Below are positions 36,119 through 46,078 of a DNA stretch of 64,000 nt, in pieces; position 1 is the stretch's first letter; each line of letters opens with the position of its first letter. The DNA lies in the NCBI GenBank assembly GCA_963675295.2, contig CAXXKJ010000002.1, positions 1,024,001 to 1,088,000 of the forward strand, given 5' to 3'. The translations under genes and the position numbers were made by a program. A model generated the notes under the pieces. It was given only the letters and a program-made list of their open reading frames with translations. It had not been told where the DNA came from and made no database searches. Source of the stretch: a bacterium (GTDB taxonomy: Bacteria; Electryoneota; Electryoneia; Electryoneales; Electryoneaceae).

Positions 36119-38290
36119 TCACAACGCCGACGTCACAAACCACGTCGCCTTGAGGCGAATGGTACGGTCGCCGGGGCGGGCGTTGAAAACGTCGGACTCG
36201 TCCCGGTTCTCGCCGTAGACCACGTAGAACCAACTTCCCGGGTGCCAGTTCCAGGCGAAGACGACGTTCGCCAGCAGTTGCTGCGCGTCGTCGTTGGAAT
36301 TGTCGACATACTGTAGCGTTCCGCGGATGGAGGTGTTCAGCACCGGCGACCAGTCGACGCCGAAACGCCAGACGCGGAAGTCGGTTTCGGATCCGTTCGC
36401 GATGTCGTACACCTGCCACACGTGCGACCAGCGCAGCGCGACGCTGAAGGTGAGGTTGTTGCGTGGCGTGAGATAGAGGTCGGGGTTGACGTAGACACGT
36501 TGCCCGTCCCTCAGGCTCTGATGCGCGGCTTCGAGGTAACCGTGCAGCGGTTTCCGGTAGTCGGATTCGACCCACGCGTTGTAGGACCATGAGTCGTACC
36601 GTTCGGTGACATAGTCGCCGAAATTGTCGGTCAGGATCATGCGGTCGGTGGTTTCGTCTTCGTCGAGGTAGTTGCGGCGGACCGTGTCGCCATAGTAGCC
36701 AAACACGCCCCAGCCCCACGTGTTGCGCAGGTGGGTGGCGTAGCCGAGCGTGGCGGTGCCGAAGCCGTACCGTGTGTCCTGATGCGACTCCTGGTACAGG
36801 TTGAGGTAGAACCGGTAGTTCTCGATCACGCCGTCCCGGGGGAACCAGCGCCGCTGCAGGCGTGCCCAGTTCCAGATCTGGTCGGAATAGCGTCCCCAGC
36901 CGAGATGATTGATCATGAAGTCGCGCCCGCGGAAGCCGGCCTCGTAGTTCATTTCCACCTGCCACGGACCCTCGACGAACGTTTCGCTTTCCACGCTCAC
37001 CGGCTGCTCATCCCAGCCCGGTACATCCGACACCGCGCCGATTAGCACCGTTTCGTTGCGCCGGCCCCAACGTAAGGTGGCGTCAAACGCTGCAGCGGAC
37101 ACGTTCTCGCCGTCCACATGCTGATGCGTGACCGTCCCGCCGAGGGTGTTGCGGTCCGAAACGCTCCACAGCGCCCGCGCGGCGAAATCGTCTTCGCGTT
37201 GCCCATCCTCGTTGAGGTTGCTGGCGTAAAGGCCGCTGGCTCGTACGGTGGGTTCCTGGCCGGTGACCCGGACACCATACACCGGATCGGCGATACGGCG
37301 GGTGTACACCAGTTGGATCGGCTGCTGCTGGAACAGGTCGAGTCCTTCGAGGAAAAACGGACGTTTCTCCGACAGAAAGACCGGATAGTCGGAGAGGTTG
37401 ATCACGATATCGTCGACATCCACCTGCGCGAAATCGGGCTGGTACGTTGCGTCCACCGACCACGACGGGTTGAGCACGATTTTCCCGGTGATCCCGACGT
37501 TGTCCCAGTCGTTTTCCGACCGCCACTCGTCAGCGGGGGAATCATCCCATCGCGCGACGGCGTGCGGGATCAGCTCGACGTGTGATGAGCCGGGAATGCC
37601 GGTCAGTCCGGTGACAGGAAGGAAACCGTCAATGCGGATCTGTGCGCGGCGGTCGAACGCCGGCAAGGTGGACCATTCCTGCGCGCGGTGGACGAAGCGT
37701 TCGAAGACCACGGTCCACGGTTTCCGTTCCGGGTCGCCGTGCCGGAAGGTGTCGAACGGGATCTCGAGCAACGCCTGCCAGCCGGTTTCGGTTTTCGCCA
37801 CCGATGAGCTCCAGACACCATCCCAGTTGCTGTCGCTGCTGTTGACGTTGGACATGGTCGCGTCGGTCTGAACGTTTCCCGCCGTAACCCGGAACCAGTA
37901 GCCGTTTTTGGCGTCGCCGAACGGGCTGATGCCGAAGGTGACGAAGTCGCTGCGGGAGGACCGGTCACGGCGTTGCAGGAGATGCGCGACGCTGTCCGGG
38001 TCGGGGTCGTCGCAAATGAAGAGCACATACAGCTTATCACTGTCATACCGCAGCCAGACACGGGTCGGGAAACGCGAAGATTGACCGTCGAACGGCTCGA
38101 TCTGGATAAAGGTGGCGGCTGTGGGCGGCGTGTTCAGCCATGCGGAATCGTGGTCGACCGGCAGAGTTGGCGCGGAGCCGTCCGGGACACGTTCCGCAGA
38201 CAGGGTGCCGTGAGACAGTTGCGCGGCAGCAGGAACCGTGACTACCGGGATCAGGGTCAACAGAGCGAGCAGGAACGTCAGACGATACAT
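36119..38290 (-). CDS. Outer-membrane protein, CBM9-like domain plus DUF5916-like barrel
   Basis: FIQIEP.DG, YDSDKLYV, RRD, WDGVWSS, QPDFAQVDVD..VINLS.Y.VFL.EKRPFFLEG motifs. Confidence 0.8.
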   Translation of the reverse strand: MYRLTFLLALLTLIPVVTVPAAAQLSHGTLSAERVPDGSAPTLPVDHDSAWLNTPPTAATFIQIEPFDGQSSRFPTRVWLRYDSDKLYVLFICDDPDPDSVAHLLQRRDRSSRSDFVTFGISPFGDAKNGYWFRVTAGNVQTDATMSNVNSSDSNWDGVWSSSVAKTETGWQALLEIPFDTFRHGDPERKPWTVVFERFVHRAQEWSTLPAFDRRAQIRIDGFLPVTGLTGIPGSSHVELIPHAVARWDDSPADEWRSENDWDNVGITGKIVLNPSWSVDATYQPDFAQVDVDDIVINLSDYPVFLSEKRPFFLEGLDLFQQQPIQLVYTRRIADPVYGVRVTGQEPTVRASGLYASNLNEDGQREDDFAARALWSVSDRNTLGGTVTHQHVDGENVSAAAFDATLRWGRRNETVLIGAVSDVPGWDEQPVSVESETFVEGPWQVEMNYEAGFRGRDFMINHLGWGRYSDQIWNWARLQRRWFPRDGVIENYRFYLNLYQESHQDTRYGFGTATLGYATHLRNTWGWGVFGYYGDTVRRNYLDEDETTDRMILTDNFGDYVTERYDSWSYNAWVESDYRKPLHGYLEAAHQSLRDGQRVYVNPDLYLTPRNNLTFSVALRWSHVWQVYDIANGSETDFRVWRFGVDWSPVLNTSIRGTLQYVDNSNDDAQQLLANVVFAWNWHPGSWFYVVYGENRDESDVFNARPGDRTIRLKATWFVTSAL

Positions 38291-38706
38291 GGGAATCCGA
38301 AAGTGGCGGCGACTCGAGTATCGCGGAATATAGCGTTCCGCCTGTCGCGTTTGAGGGACCCAGGGGAGCACGACCTCGCGGGGCGGAATGGGGCAGCCTG
38401 GAAATGTTGAGCAACCTTTCACAAGGCTTCCCGAAACATGGAGAGCCACAACGTTGTGCGACCGTATTCCCAAGCCGCCCGGAGCTACTGGCTTGCATTT
38501 TCGCTAGTTATCGTTATTTTAGAGTATTAACAGTATCAGACCTCTCGATCTAGAATTATCATGGAGTTACCTGTCGGATATAATTCTAACTCTAGTATAA
38601 ATTTTAGAAGAAACGTTCGTTTTCCTGTTTTTTACTCCAACTTGTGATAGACGTAACATAAACTGAGCAAGCAGGGGATCCTTGTTGGTTAAACATGGGT
38701 CCACCC

Positions 38707-40031
38707 CACAGCTGTCCCATTGAGCGATTAGTGAATCATCTGTAAGCGTTGTGGTTGTTGGGTTTGAGGGGTGTTGTTTTTGAAATCGATTTGAACTTGG
38801 TGTTTGAGTGCATGTTTTCACCTTCAGCGTCGATTCGCGAGGTGGAAGATGCACACGGGCCGGATGGTGTTTTCTCAGTTGATGGACGTGGTGTCCATGC
38901 AGGATTTTCGCAGTTGTGTCGTCCGGTACGGCGGCGAGTGGCGGGTGCGGCGTTTTTCCTGCTGGGATCAGTTTCTCTGCATGGTTTTTGCGCAGCTGAC
39001 GCACCGGGAGAGCCTGCGTGACATCGAACTGTCGCTTCGAGCGGTTCAACGCAACCTGTACCACGCCGGGATTCGTGCGCGGGTGGCACGCAACACGCTG
39101 GCCAATGCCAACCGCCATCGGGACTGGCGCATCTGGCAGGACCTGGCGCTGGGCCTGATTGACCAGGCACGGGCGCTGTATGCCGGCGATCCGCTGGCCG
39201 TAGACTTGGCGGGCACGGTTTACGCGTTCGATTCGACGATGATCGACCTCTGTCTAACGCTGTTCCCGTGGGCGCCATTCGAACGCAGCCGCGGCGCGGT
39301 GAAGTTGCACACCATGCTGGATTTACGCGGAAATATCCCCACGATGTGCGTCATCACCCACGGGCGGGTGCACGACGTCACCGTGCTCGACTGGATCCCG
39401 TTCGAACCAGGCGCGATCTATGTGCTCGACCGCGGCTACGTCAGCTACGCACGCCTCTGGCGCATCCAGCAGGCAAGAGCGGGCTTTGTCATCCGCGCGC
39501 AGCGAAACCTGAAAGCGACCGTCGTCGCAACGCATCCGGTGGATTCGGCAACAGGTGTACTCGAGGATCAGACAATCGTGCTGGCGATCCCCCACAGCCG
39601 AAGCCGCTATCCGGATCAACTGCGGCGTATCTGCTATCATGACCGTGAAAACGACCGCACCCTGACCTACCTCAGCAACCTTTTCACACTGCCGGCACGA
39701 ACCATCGCCGATCTCTACCGGGAACGCTGGCAGATCGAATGCTTCTTCAAATGGATCAAGCAACATTTGCGCATCAAACGCTTCTACGGGACCAACAAGA
39801 ATGCCGTCAAAACACAAATCTGGATCGCCATCACCACCTATCTGCTCGTCGCGATCCTCAAAAAACAGCTCCAACTCGAACCCAGTCCCTACCAGATTCT
39901 GCAAATTCTGGGCATCTCTCTCTTCGAACGCGTGCCTATAAAACAACTATTTAGCAACAAGCACGCGACCCTGTTTACCGACCACGATTCCAACCAGTTG
40001 AGTTTCCTCAACTTTTAATGGGACAGCTGTG
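38707..40031 (+). mobile_element. Intact IS4-family insertion sequence, 1325 bp
   Basis: 15-bp terminal inverted repeats CACAGCTGTCCCATT (38707-38721 and 40017-40031); 9-bp direct repeat GGTCCACCC (38698-38706 and 40032-40040). Confidence 0.93.
38849..40018 (+). CDS. IS4-family DDE transposase (DUF4372-type N-terminus)
   Basis: FAQLTHRESLRDIE, DSTMIDL, VKLH, DRGY, YRERWQIECFFKWIKQHL (YREK motif). Confidence 0.95.
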   Translation: MHTGRMVFSQLMDVVSMQDFRSCVVRYGGEWRVRRFSCWDQFLCMVFAQLTHRESLRDIELSLRAVQRNLYHAGIRARVARNTLANANRHRDWRIWQDLALGLIDQARALYAGDPLAVDLAGTVYAFDSTMIDLCLTLFPWAPFERSRGAVKLHTMLDLRGNIPTMCVITHGRVHDVTVLDWIPFEPGAIYVLDRGYVSYARLWRIQQARAGFVIRAQRNLKATVVATHPVDSATGVLEDQTIVLAIPHSRSRYPDQLRRICYHDRENDRTLTYLSNLFTLPARTIADLYRERWQIECFFKWIKQHLRIKRFYGTNKNAVKTQIWIAITTYLLVAILKKQLQLEPSPYQILQILGISLFERVPIKQLFSNKHATLFTDHDSNQLSFLNF

Positions 40032-40069
40032 GGTCCACCCCCCGTTTTTTCTTGATCAGGAGAGAAGTC

Positions 40070-43030
40070 ATGACGCGGTTCAAGAACAGTTTAGCAGCAG
40101 TGGTTTTCTTTGTGATGGTGGCGAGTATAGCCATGGGCCAGACTCCCGCGCCCTTCGGGTTGCAGGCGGATGTGGATCGCGCGACGGGCGCGACGACATT
40201 GAACTGGTACGAGTACAACCAGGACATGCTCGGCTACCACGATGGTTCGCTGGAGACTGCCTGGACCTCGACGACTGCCCCCGGGAATGCCTGGGCGGTA
40301 CACATGGTCGTGGACAATGAGGTAACACTGGATGCGGTCAGTGTTTACACCCTGGCGGCGATGGGAAACAACGGCTGGGTGCCGATGGAAGATGTCCAGC
40401 TGATGGTGTTGGACAGCAGCGGTGGGAGCGAACCGGGCACGGTGCTGTACACGTCCGATCCGCTTTCCGGCGATCCGGACGGCTGGGTGACGGTCGATGT
40501 CAGCGCGGAGAACTTCACGTTTACATCTGATTTCTGGGTTGCGGTGGTGTTTACGCAGACTGGTCGTCCGTTCATCGGTTGTGACTACACCGATCCGCAG
40601 TTGGGCGTGATGTACCAGGGTCTGCCGCCGTACACCTCCTGGGACCTGATGACCGCGTATTACAACATCGCGATCCAGGCACTGGTCAGCTCCAACGGGA
40701 CCGTTTCGTTGCTGGCTCCGGAAAGTGGCGCGAACACGGAACCGGTACAGGACGTGGAAAACGTGATGCAATGGGACGCTCCGGAAGGCATGAGCGCGCC
40801 GATGGGCATCCCGGCGGCGTGGGATTCGCAGGCGAACGAGCTGGATGATTTCATCACGTACAAGGTGTACCGTGACGGCAATGAGATCGCGCAGACGACC
40901 GACGATACCTACACGGACTACCTCACTGCGGAAGGCAGCTACGAGTATTCGGTGACGGCGTTGCATGACAACGACGAATCCGATCCGACGATCGCGGACG
41001 CATACTGGACGGGCAACATCGCTCCTGCGATCAACCCGGCGGTTGCGGTGAACTCGGGAACGGGCGAAGCGACGGTTTCCTGGGATGCGCCCGAATGGGG
41101 CAACCCGGCTGTGGTGATGGGTGAGTTTGAAGAGCCGGCCGCCAACCAGTGGTACTGGGAAGGCGGAACGTTCTGCATGAAGTTCACGCCGGCAGAATTG
41201 TGCCGTCTGATCGCGGTGCGTATGCACCTCGTCGGTGCAGCCGAGTTCGGCGTGCGGTTGTTCGACGTCGAAAACGGCTGGCCGAACAACATGATCCTCG
41301 ACATGGTTCACGGTGAGCACGAACCGGGCTGGGTCGAGATCAACCTCGAAGATCAGTTCCTGTTCTTTGACGAACCGTTCGTGGCAGGTTTCCTTGACAT
41401 GAACAGCCAGAACCGGATCACGTACAACAACGCGGTTGGCGCGAACAGCTTCCTGTGGAATCCGAGCGGCAACTGGGGCAACTTCAACGGCGGCGAACTC
41501 GCGCTGTACATCGAAGCGGTCGTTGAGTATCCGAACGGGTCGCAGGCGATGCTCGGCGGTGGCAACCAGATCGACGACCTCGCCGGATTCCAGATCTTCC
41601 GTGATGGCAACATGGTCGGCCAGGTCGGTCCGAACGCACGTGAGTACACCGACACGCTTCCGGGATCGGGCAACTATGAGTACACGGTTGTCGCGCATTA
41701 CAACGAAGGCGTTGCGCCGGCCAGCGCTCCGGTCTATGCCAACTGGGAAGAACCGGTACAGATTGCGGACATCCAGACCGATCCGGATTCCTATCTCGGA
41801 ACGGAAGTCACGCTAGTTGCTGTTGTCACGCAGGGCCACAACACCGTTCACACTGAATACGTGGACGTTTACATCCAGGACAATTCCGGTTACGGCATCG
41901 CGGTGTACTCGTGGGATCCGGCCCTGGGCGTCGGCCTCGACCGTGGTGATTTGATCGAGATTACGGGCACGATTGACCAGTACTTCGATACGACAGAGCT
42001 GATCAACTTTACGTTCACCGAGCTGTCCAGCGGGAATCCGTTGCCGGAACCGATGGTATTTGCAACTGGCGATATCGACGACTCAGTGCCTTTTGAGGGC
42101 GTATGGGCGGAAATTACCGGCACGCTCCAGTGGGATCCGAGCGAGCCGGGAACCAGTTTCAACATTTGGGTTGACGACGGATCCGGTCCGGCCGATGTGC
42201 GCATCTGGGGGGACGCCTACCTGGATTTCAGTGGGTTCCTGGGCGGTGACGAGATCACGTTGCGCGGTACGCTCGATTCCTACAACGGCATTGGGCAGCT
42301 CCAGCCGAGCGAGCAGGAAGACATTGAAGCCCCGCAGAACAACGATCCGGCGGTGTTGACCCTGACACCGGTTCAGACCACGGTCCCGCCGAACGGTGGC
42401 AACGTGGTGTACAACCTGCACCTGCAGAGCTTCCTGCCGGGTTCATATCCGAACCTGTATTACAAGACCTACGCGCACCTTCCGAACGGCACACTGTATG
42501 GTCCCGTCAGCAACCAGACGTTCACGATGACGCCGTTCATGAACGTGACGTTGAACAACCAGACGTTGTCCGTTCCCGCGATGGCGCCGGCTGGTGTGTA
42601 CACGTTCGAGGGCCGTGTCGGGATGAACGCGAACCTGTACATCCTGGACACGTTCGAGTTTACCAAGAGCGCCAGTGGTGTTGAGTCCGATGACGTGGTG
42701 ACTGAGTGGGCGGCCAGCGAAGTGGCGTTCAACGGTGCCGCCGCGGCGACGGTCGAGCTGCCGGACGAGTACGACATGGGCCAGGCGTGGCCGAACCCGT
42801 TCAACCCGACGTGTGCAGTGGATGTGCGTCTGCCGGAAGCGTCCGAGCTGACTGTCAGCGTATTCAATGTGATGGGGCAGCGTGTGGCGACCCTGGCCAG
42901 TGGAATCACGCCGGCTGGAGCGCATACGTTCAGCTTTGACGGTTCGCAGTTGAGCAGTGGGATTTACTTCATCCGCGCGGAAGTGCCGGGCCAGCTGAAC
43001 GAGCTGCGCAAGGTGACCCTGATGAAGTAA
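40070..43030 (+). CDS. Secreted multidomain protein (FN3-like, jelly-roll, OB-fold repeats) with T9SS-type CTD
   Basis: Signal peptide; Y.VYRDG FN3-like units; YIQDNSG.GI.VY and VDDGSG OB-folds; WPNPFNP...RKVTLMK. Confidence 0.8.
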   Translation: MTRFKNSLAAVVFFVMVASIAMGQTPAPFGLQADVDRATGATTLNWYEYNQDMLGYHDGSLETAWTSTTAPGNAWAVHMVVDNEVTLDAVSVYTLAAMGNNGWVPMEDVQLMVLDSSGGSEPGTVLYTSDPLSGDPDGWVTVDVSAENFTFTSDFWVAVVFTQTGRPFIGCDYTDPQLGVMYQGLPPYTSWDLMTAYYNIAIQALVSSNGTVSLLAPESGANTEPVQDVENVMQWDAPEGMSAPMGIPAAWDSQANELDDFITYKVYRDGNEIAQTTDDTYTDYLTAEGSYEYSVTALHDNDESDPTIADAYWTGNIAPAINPAVAVNSGTGEATVSWDAPEWGNPAVVMGEFEEPAANQWYWEGGTFCMKFTPAELCRLIAVRMHLVGAAEFGVRLFDVENGWPNNMILDMVHGEHEPGWVEINLEDQFLFFDEPFVAGFLDMNSQNRITYNNAVGANSFLWNPSGNWGNFNGGELALYIEAVVEYPNGSQAMLGGGNQIDDLAGFQIFRDGNMVGQVGPNAREYTDTLPGSGNYEYTVVAHYNEGVAPASAPVYANWEEPVQIADIQTDPDSYLGTEVTLVAVVTQGHNTVHTEYVDVYIQDNSGYGIAVYSWDPALGVGLDRGDLIEITGTIDQYFDTTELINFTFTELSSGNPLPEPMVFATGDIDDSVPFEGVWAEITGTLQWDPSEPGTSFNIWVDDGSGPADVRIWGDAYLDFSGFLGGDEITLRGTLDSYNGIGQLQPSEQEDIEAPQNNDPAVLTLTPVQTTVPPNGGNVVYNLHLQSFLPGSYPNLYYKTYAHLPNGTLYGPVSNQTFTMTPFMNVTLNNQTLSVPAMAPAGVYTFEGRVGMNANLYILDTFEFTKSASGVESDDVVTEWAASEVAFNGAAAATVELPDEYDMGQAWPNPFNPTCAVDVRLPEASELTVSVFNVMGQRVATLASGITPAGAHTFSFDGSQLSSGIYFIRAEVPGQLNELRKVTLMK

Positions 43031-43057
43031 AGCTGATGTGAACGAGTGGTATCTCGA

Positions 43058-43088
43058 CCCCCATGCCGGTCCGGTGTGGGGGTTTTTC
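43058..43088 (+). terminator. Intrinsic terminator
   Basis: ACCCCCATGCCGG-T-CCGGTGTGGGGGT followed by TTTT. Confidence 0.65.
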
Positions 43089-43285
43089 CGTGACGGGGCG
43101 TGAATCGTGGCGGCGAAGACGCGAAAGTGATTTCTCCTCCGTTATTGGTTCCACCCTTGCGCGGCGCGATTTGGCGCGGTAGCTTTGCCTTTCCATGATG
43201 CGCATCGGGGAACCGGCGGAGAACCGGCTTCCCCGATGCCTTTTTCTGTGGTTTTTCAGAACGAGTAACGCCAGGAAGTGGAAGC

Positions 43286-43774
43286 ATGAACGAACGGATT
43301 GAAGCCGTCCGCAAAGCCCTCGAGAAAGAAATCGCTGAAGTGACGCATGAGCTGGAAGTCGATCTTCCGATTCGGATTGACGAAGCCCGCCAGAAGGGTG
43401 ACCTGTCGGAAAACGCCGAGTATGAATCGGCGAAAGAGCGTCAGAACTACTGCGCGGTGCGGTTGCAGCAGCTCCGTCACCGTCACCAGCGTCTCGCAAA
43501 CATCGACTTGAACGATGTGGACAAGACGTCGGTAGGCTTATACTCGGTGGTCGATCTCGAGGAAACGGCCAACGGCAAGCGTTACTCGTATGAGCTCGTG
43601 CTCGCCGAAGAGATGGATGTGAAGAAGGGAATGATCTCGATCTTGTCGCCGATCGGGCAGCAGCTTCGTGGTTCGAAAGCCGGTCAGACGGTTGAGATCG
43701 AGACTCCGGCTCGTACCTTCAAGCTGAAAGTACACGCATTTACCAATATCCTCGGGGAGCGTTTCGACGCCTGA
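43286..43774 (+). CDS. greA: Transcription elongation factor GreA/GreB family
   Basis: ARQKGDLSENAEYESAKE and IS.LSPIG..L.G motifs. Confidence 0.85.
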   Translation: MNERIEAVRKALEKEIAEVTHELEVDLPIRIDEARQKGDLSENAEYESAKERQNYCAVRLQQLRHRHQRLANIDLNDVDKTSVGLYSVVDLEETANGKRYSYELVLAEEMDVKKGMISILSPIGQQLRGSKAGQTVEIETPARTFKLKVHAFTNILGERFDA

Positions 43775-43867
43775 CCGACTGTGCCGTACCTTCCCCGCGC
43801 TTAAACGTGCGACCTGACTGTCCACGAGCTGGAGTGGAAGAGCTCTGGCTCGGCGGAGTGAAGACCG

Positions 43868-45949
43868 ATGATGGAACCCGAAGACAGCGCTCAATCCCGG
43901 AATCCGTTCAAACGGATCCTGCGTGAAATTCGCCTGATTCCGACCCATGAGTACATTTTCAACTTGCTCATGGGCGTGGTCATCGGCGTGATCGGTGGCT
44001 ACGGCGCGGTCGGATTCCGCCTCGCCATCGGTGCGGTCCAGCTCGGCAGTTGGGGTGTACTCGAACCCACCTACGAATTCCTGCTTGGTGTGCCCTGGTA
44101 CCTGCGTTTGCTGATCCCGGTTGCTGGCGGTTTGATTGTCGGCCCGATCGTCACCTTCTTCGCGTCTGAAGCGAAAGGGCATGGCGTTCCAGAGGTGATG
44201 GCGTCGGTCGCGACCCGTGGTGGGATCATCCGCAGCCGTGTCGCCGCGGCGAAAGTGGTCGCGTCAGCGGTAACCATCGGGTCGGGTGGTTCGGCGGGGT
44301 CAGAGGGTCCGATTGTGCAGATCGGGTCCGGTGTCGCCTCCGCGCTCGGGCAGCTGTTCAAGGTCAGCGCGCGGAAGATGAAGACCTATGTCGGTTGCGG
44401 TGCGGCAGCCGGTATCGCGGCGACCTTCAACGCGCCTGTCGCGGGGATGCTGTTCAGCCTCGAAATCATCATGGGAAACTTCGCGGTTTCCAATATCAGC
44501 CCGATCATCGTTGCCTCAGTGACCGCGACCGCGATTTCCCGTTCGATCCTTGGTGAAGCTCCTGCGTTTGCGGTGCCGGAATATCACCTCGCGAGTCCGA
44601 TGGAGCTGGTGCACTACGCGATCCTCGGTCTTGCCGCCGGGCTGGTCGCGGTGGTGTTTGCCAAGATTCTCGACGGCACGGAAACGTTTTTCGAAAACCT
44701 GCGCGTGCCGGATTGGATCAAACCGGCGATTGGTGGGCTGATCATCGGGACACTTGGCGCGCTCGGTTTGCCGCATGTGTACGGCGTCGGGTACGAATTC
44801 ATCGAAACCGCCTTGCATGGTGAACTGGCGCTCGGGTTATTGCTGATGCTGATCGCGGCAAAGATTGTCGCGACTTCAGCGACGCTCGGCTCCGGCGGTT
44901 CGGGCGGTATTCTCGCGCCATCACTGTTCCTCGGGGCGATGACCGGCGGTGTTGTGTGGTATGCCGCGCACGCGGTATCGCCGGACTTTGTCGCACCGAA
45001 TTTTGGCCCGTACGCATTGGTCGGCATGGCGGCGGTGGTCGCTTCGGCGACACGTGCCCCACTGCAGGCGATCCTGATTCTGTTCGAGCTGACCGGCGGC
45101 TACGCGATTATCCTTCCGTTGATGCTGTCCTCGATTATCGCCACGATCTTCGGCGGACGGCTGATGAAGGAAAGCATTTACACGGTCAAGCTGGTCGCAA
45201 AGGGGATCAAGCTCGGTCAGGTTGGTGAAGTGGACGTGCTCAAGGGCATCCAGGTCAGCGAGATCATGCGGGAAGAATACCTCGCGGTGCCGGACAACAT
45301 GCGTCTGCGGCCATTGCTGGATACCATCAGCGACTCGCAGGAACACTCCACGGTGTTTGTCATCGACCGGGAAGAGAACCTGATGGGGCATGTCTCGTTC
45401 CACGAGCTGCGCCAGATCCTGTTTGACGTCGAAGCGTTGGAACCGGTGTTGGTCGCGGCGGACATTGCCGACCTGACGCCGACCTCGGTGCGTCCGGACG
45501 ACACACTCGATGTTGTGATGCGCCTGTTCGCGCAACGGAACCTCGACGAGCTTCCGGTTGTCGATCCGAAGAATCCGCGTCAGATCATCGGCAGCGTGCA
45601 CCGGGACGATGTCGCGATCACCTATTCTGACGAGATCATCAAGCGCGACCTCGCGGGCTCGCTGGCGTCGCAGGTGCATACCGTGCGGCGGATGCACAAA
45701 TCTCCGCTGGCACCGGGGTACGCGATGGCGGAAATTGAACTACCGGTGCAGTTTGCGGGCAAGACGCTGAAGGAGCTTGATCTGCGCAACACGCACCGGA
45801 TTGATGTGCTGGTGGTGCGTCGACGTGCCGCGGACAAGACCGGCGTGGTGGAAAGCGTGGTTCCGGACGCGGATCTGGCGTTGCAGCATGGGGACGTACT
45901 GCTCATCTCCGGCCCGGAAGAAGTTGTCGAGAAGCTGTCAACAGAGTAA
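43868..45949 (+). CDS. ClC chloride channel/antiporter with CBS pair and C-terminal TrkA-C (RCK_C) domain
   Basis: GHGVPEV, GSEGP, AATFNAP, GGILAP, SIYT motifs; CBS repeats; GKTLKELDLR...L..GD.L. Confidence 0.9.
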   Translation: MMEPEDSAQSRNPFKRILREIRLIPTHEYIFNLLMGVVIGVIGGYGAVGFRLAIGAVQLGSWGVLEPTYEFLLGVPWYLRLLIPVAGGLIVGPIVTFFASEAKGHGVPEVMASVATRGGIIRSRVAAAKVVASAVTIGSGGSAGSEGPIVQIGSGVASALGQLFKVSARKMKTYVGCGAAAGIAATFNAPVAGMLFSLEIIMGNFAVSNISPIIVASVTATAISRSILGEAPAFAVPEYHLASPMELVHYAILGLAAGLVAVVFAKILDGTETFFENLRVPDWIKPAIGGLIIGTLGALGLPHVYGVGYEFIETALHGELALGLLLMLIAAKIVATSATLGSGGSGGILAPSLFLGAMTGGVVWYAAHAVSPDFVAPNFGPYALVGMAAVVASATRAPLQAILILFELTGGYAIILPLMLSSIIATIFGGRLMKESIYTVKLVAKGIKLGQVGEVDVLKGIQVSEIMREEYLAVPDNMRLRPLLDTISDSQEHSTVFVIDREENLMGHVSFHELRQILFDVEALEPVLVAADIADLTPTSVRPDDTLDVVMRLFAQRNLDELPVVDPKNPRQIIGSVHRDDVAITYSDEIIKRDLAGSLASQVHTVRRMHKSPLAPGYAMAEIELPVQFAGKTLKELDLRNTHRIDVLVVRRRAADKTGVVESVVPDADLALQHGDVLLISGPEEVVEKLSTE

Positions 45950-45972
45950 AAAGCAGCAACAGTTGAGCATAC

Positions 45973-46006
45973 AAAGCCCGGCGATCCATGGATCACCGGG
46001 CTTTTT
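45973..46006. terminator. Bidirectional terminator
   Basis: AAAGCCCGGCGATCC-AT-GGATCACCGGGCTTTTT. Confidence 0.7.
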
Positions 46007-46078
46007 CTCCCCGATCCCAGCGGCTGCCGGGATCTCCCCATCAGGGATACGACGAAACACGCAGTTTGCGAACAGGAT

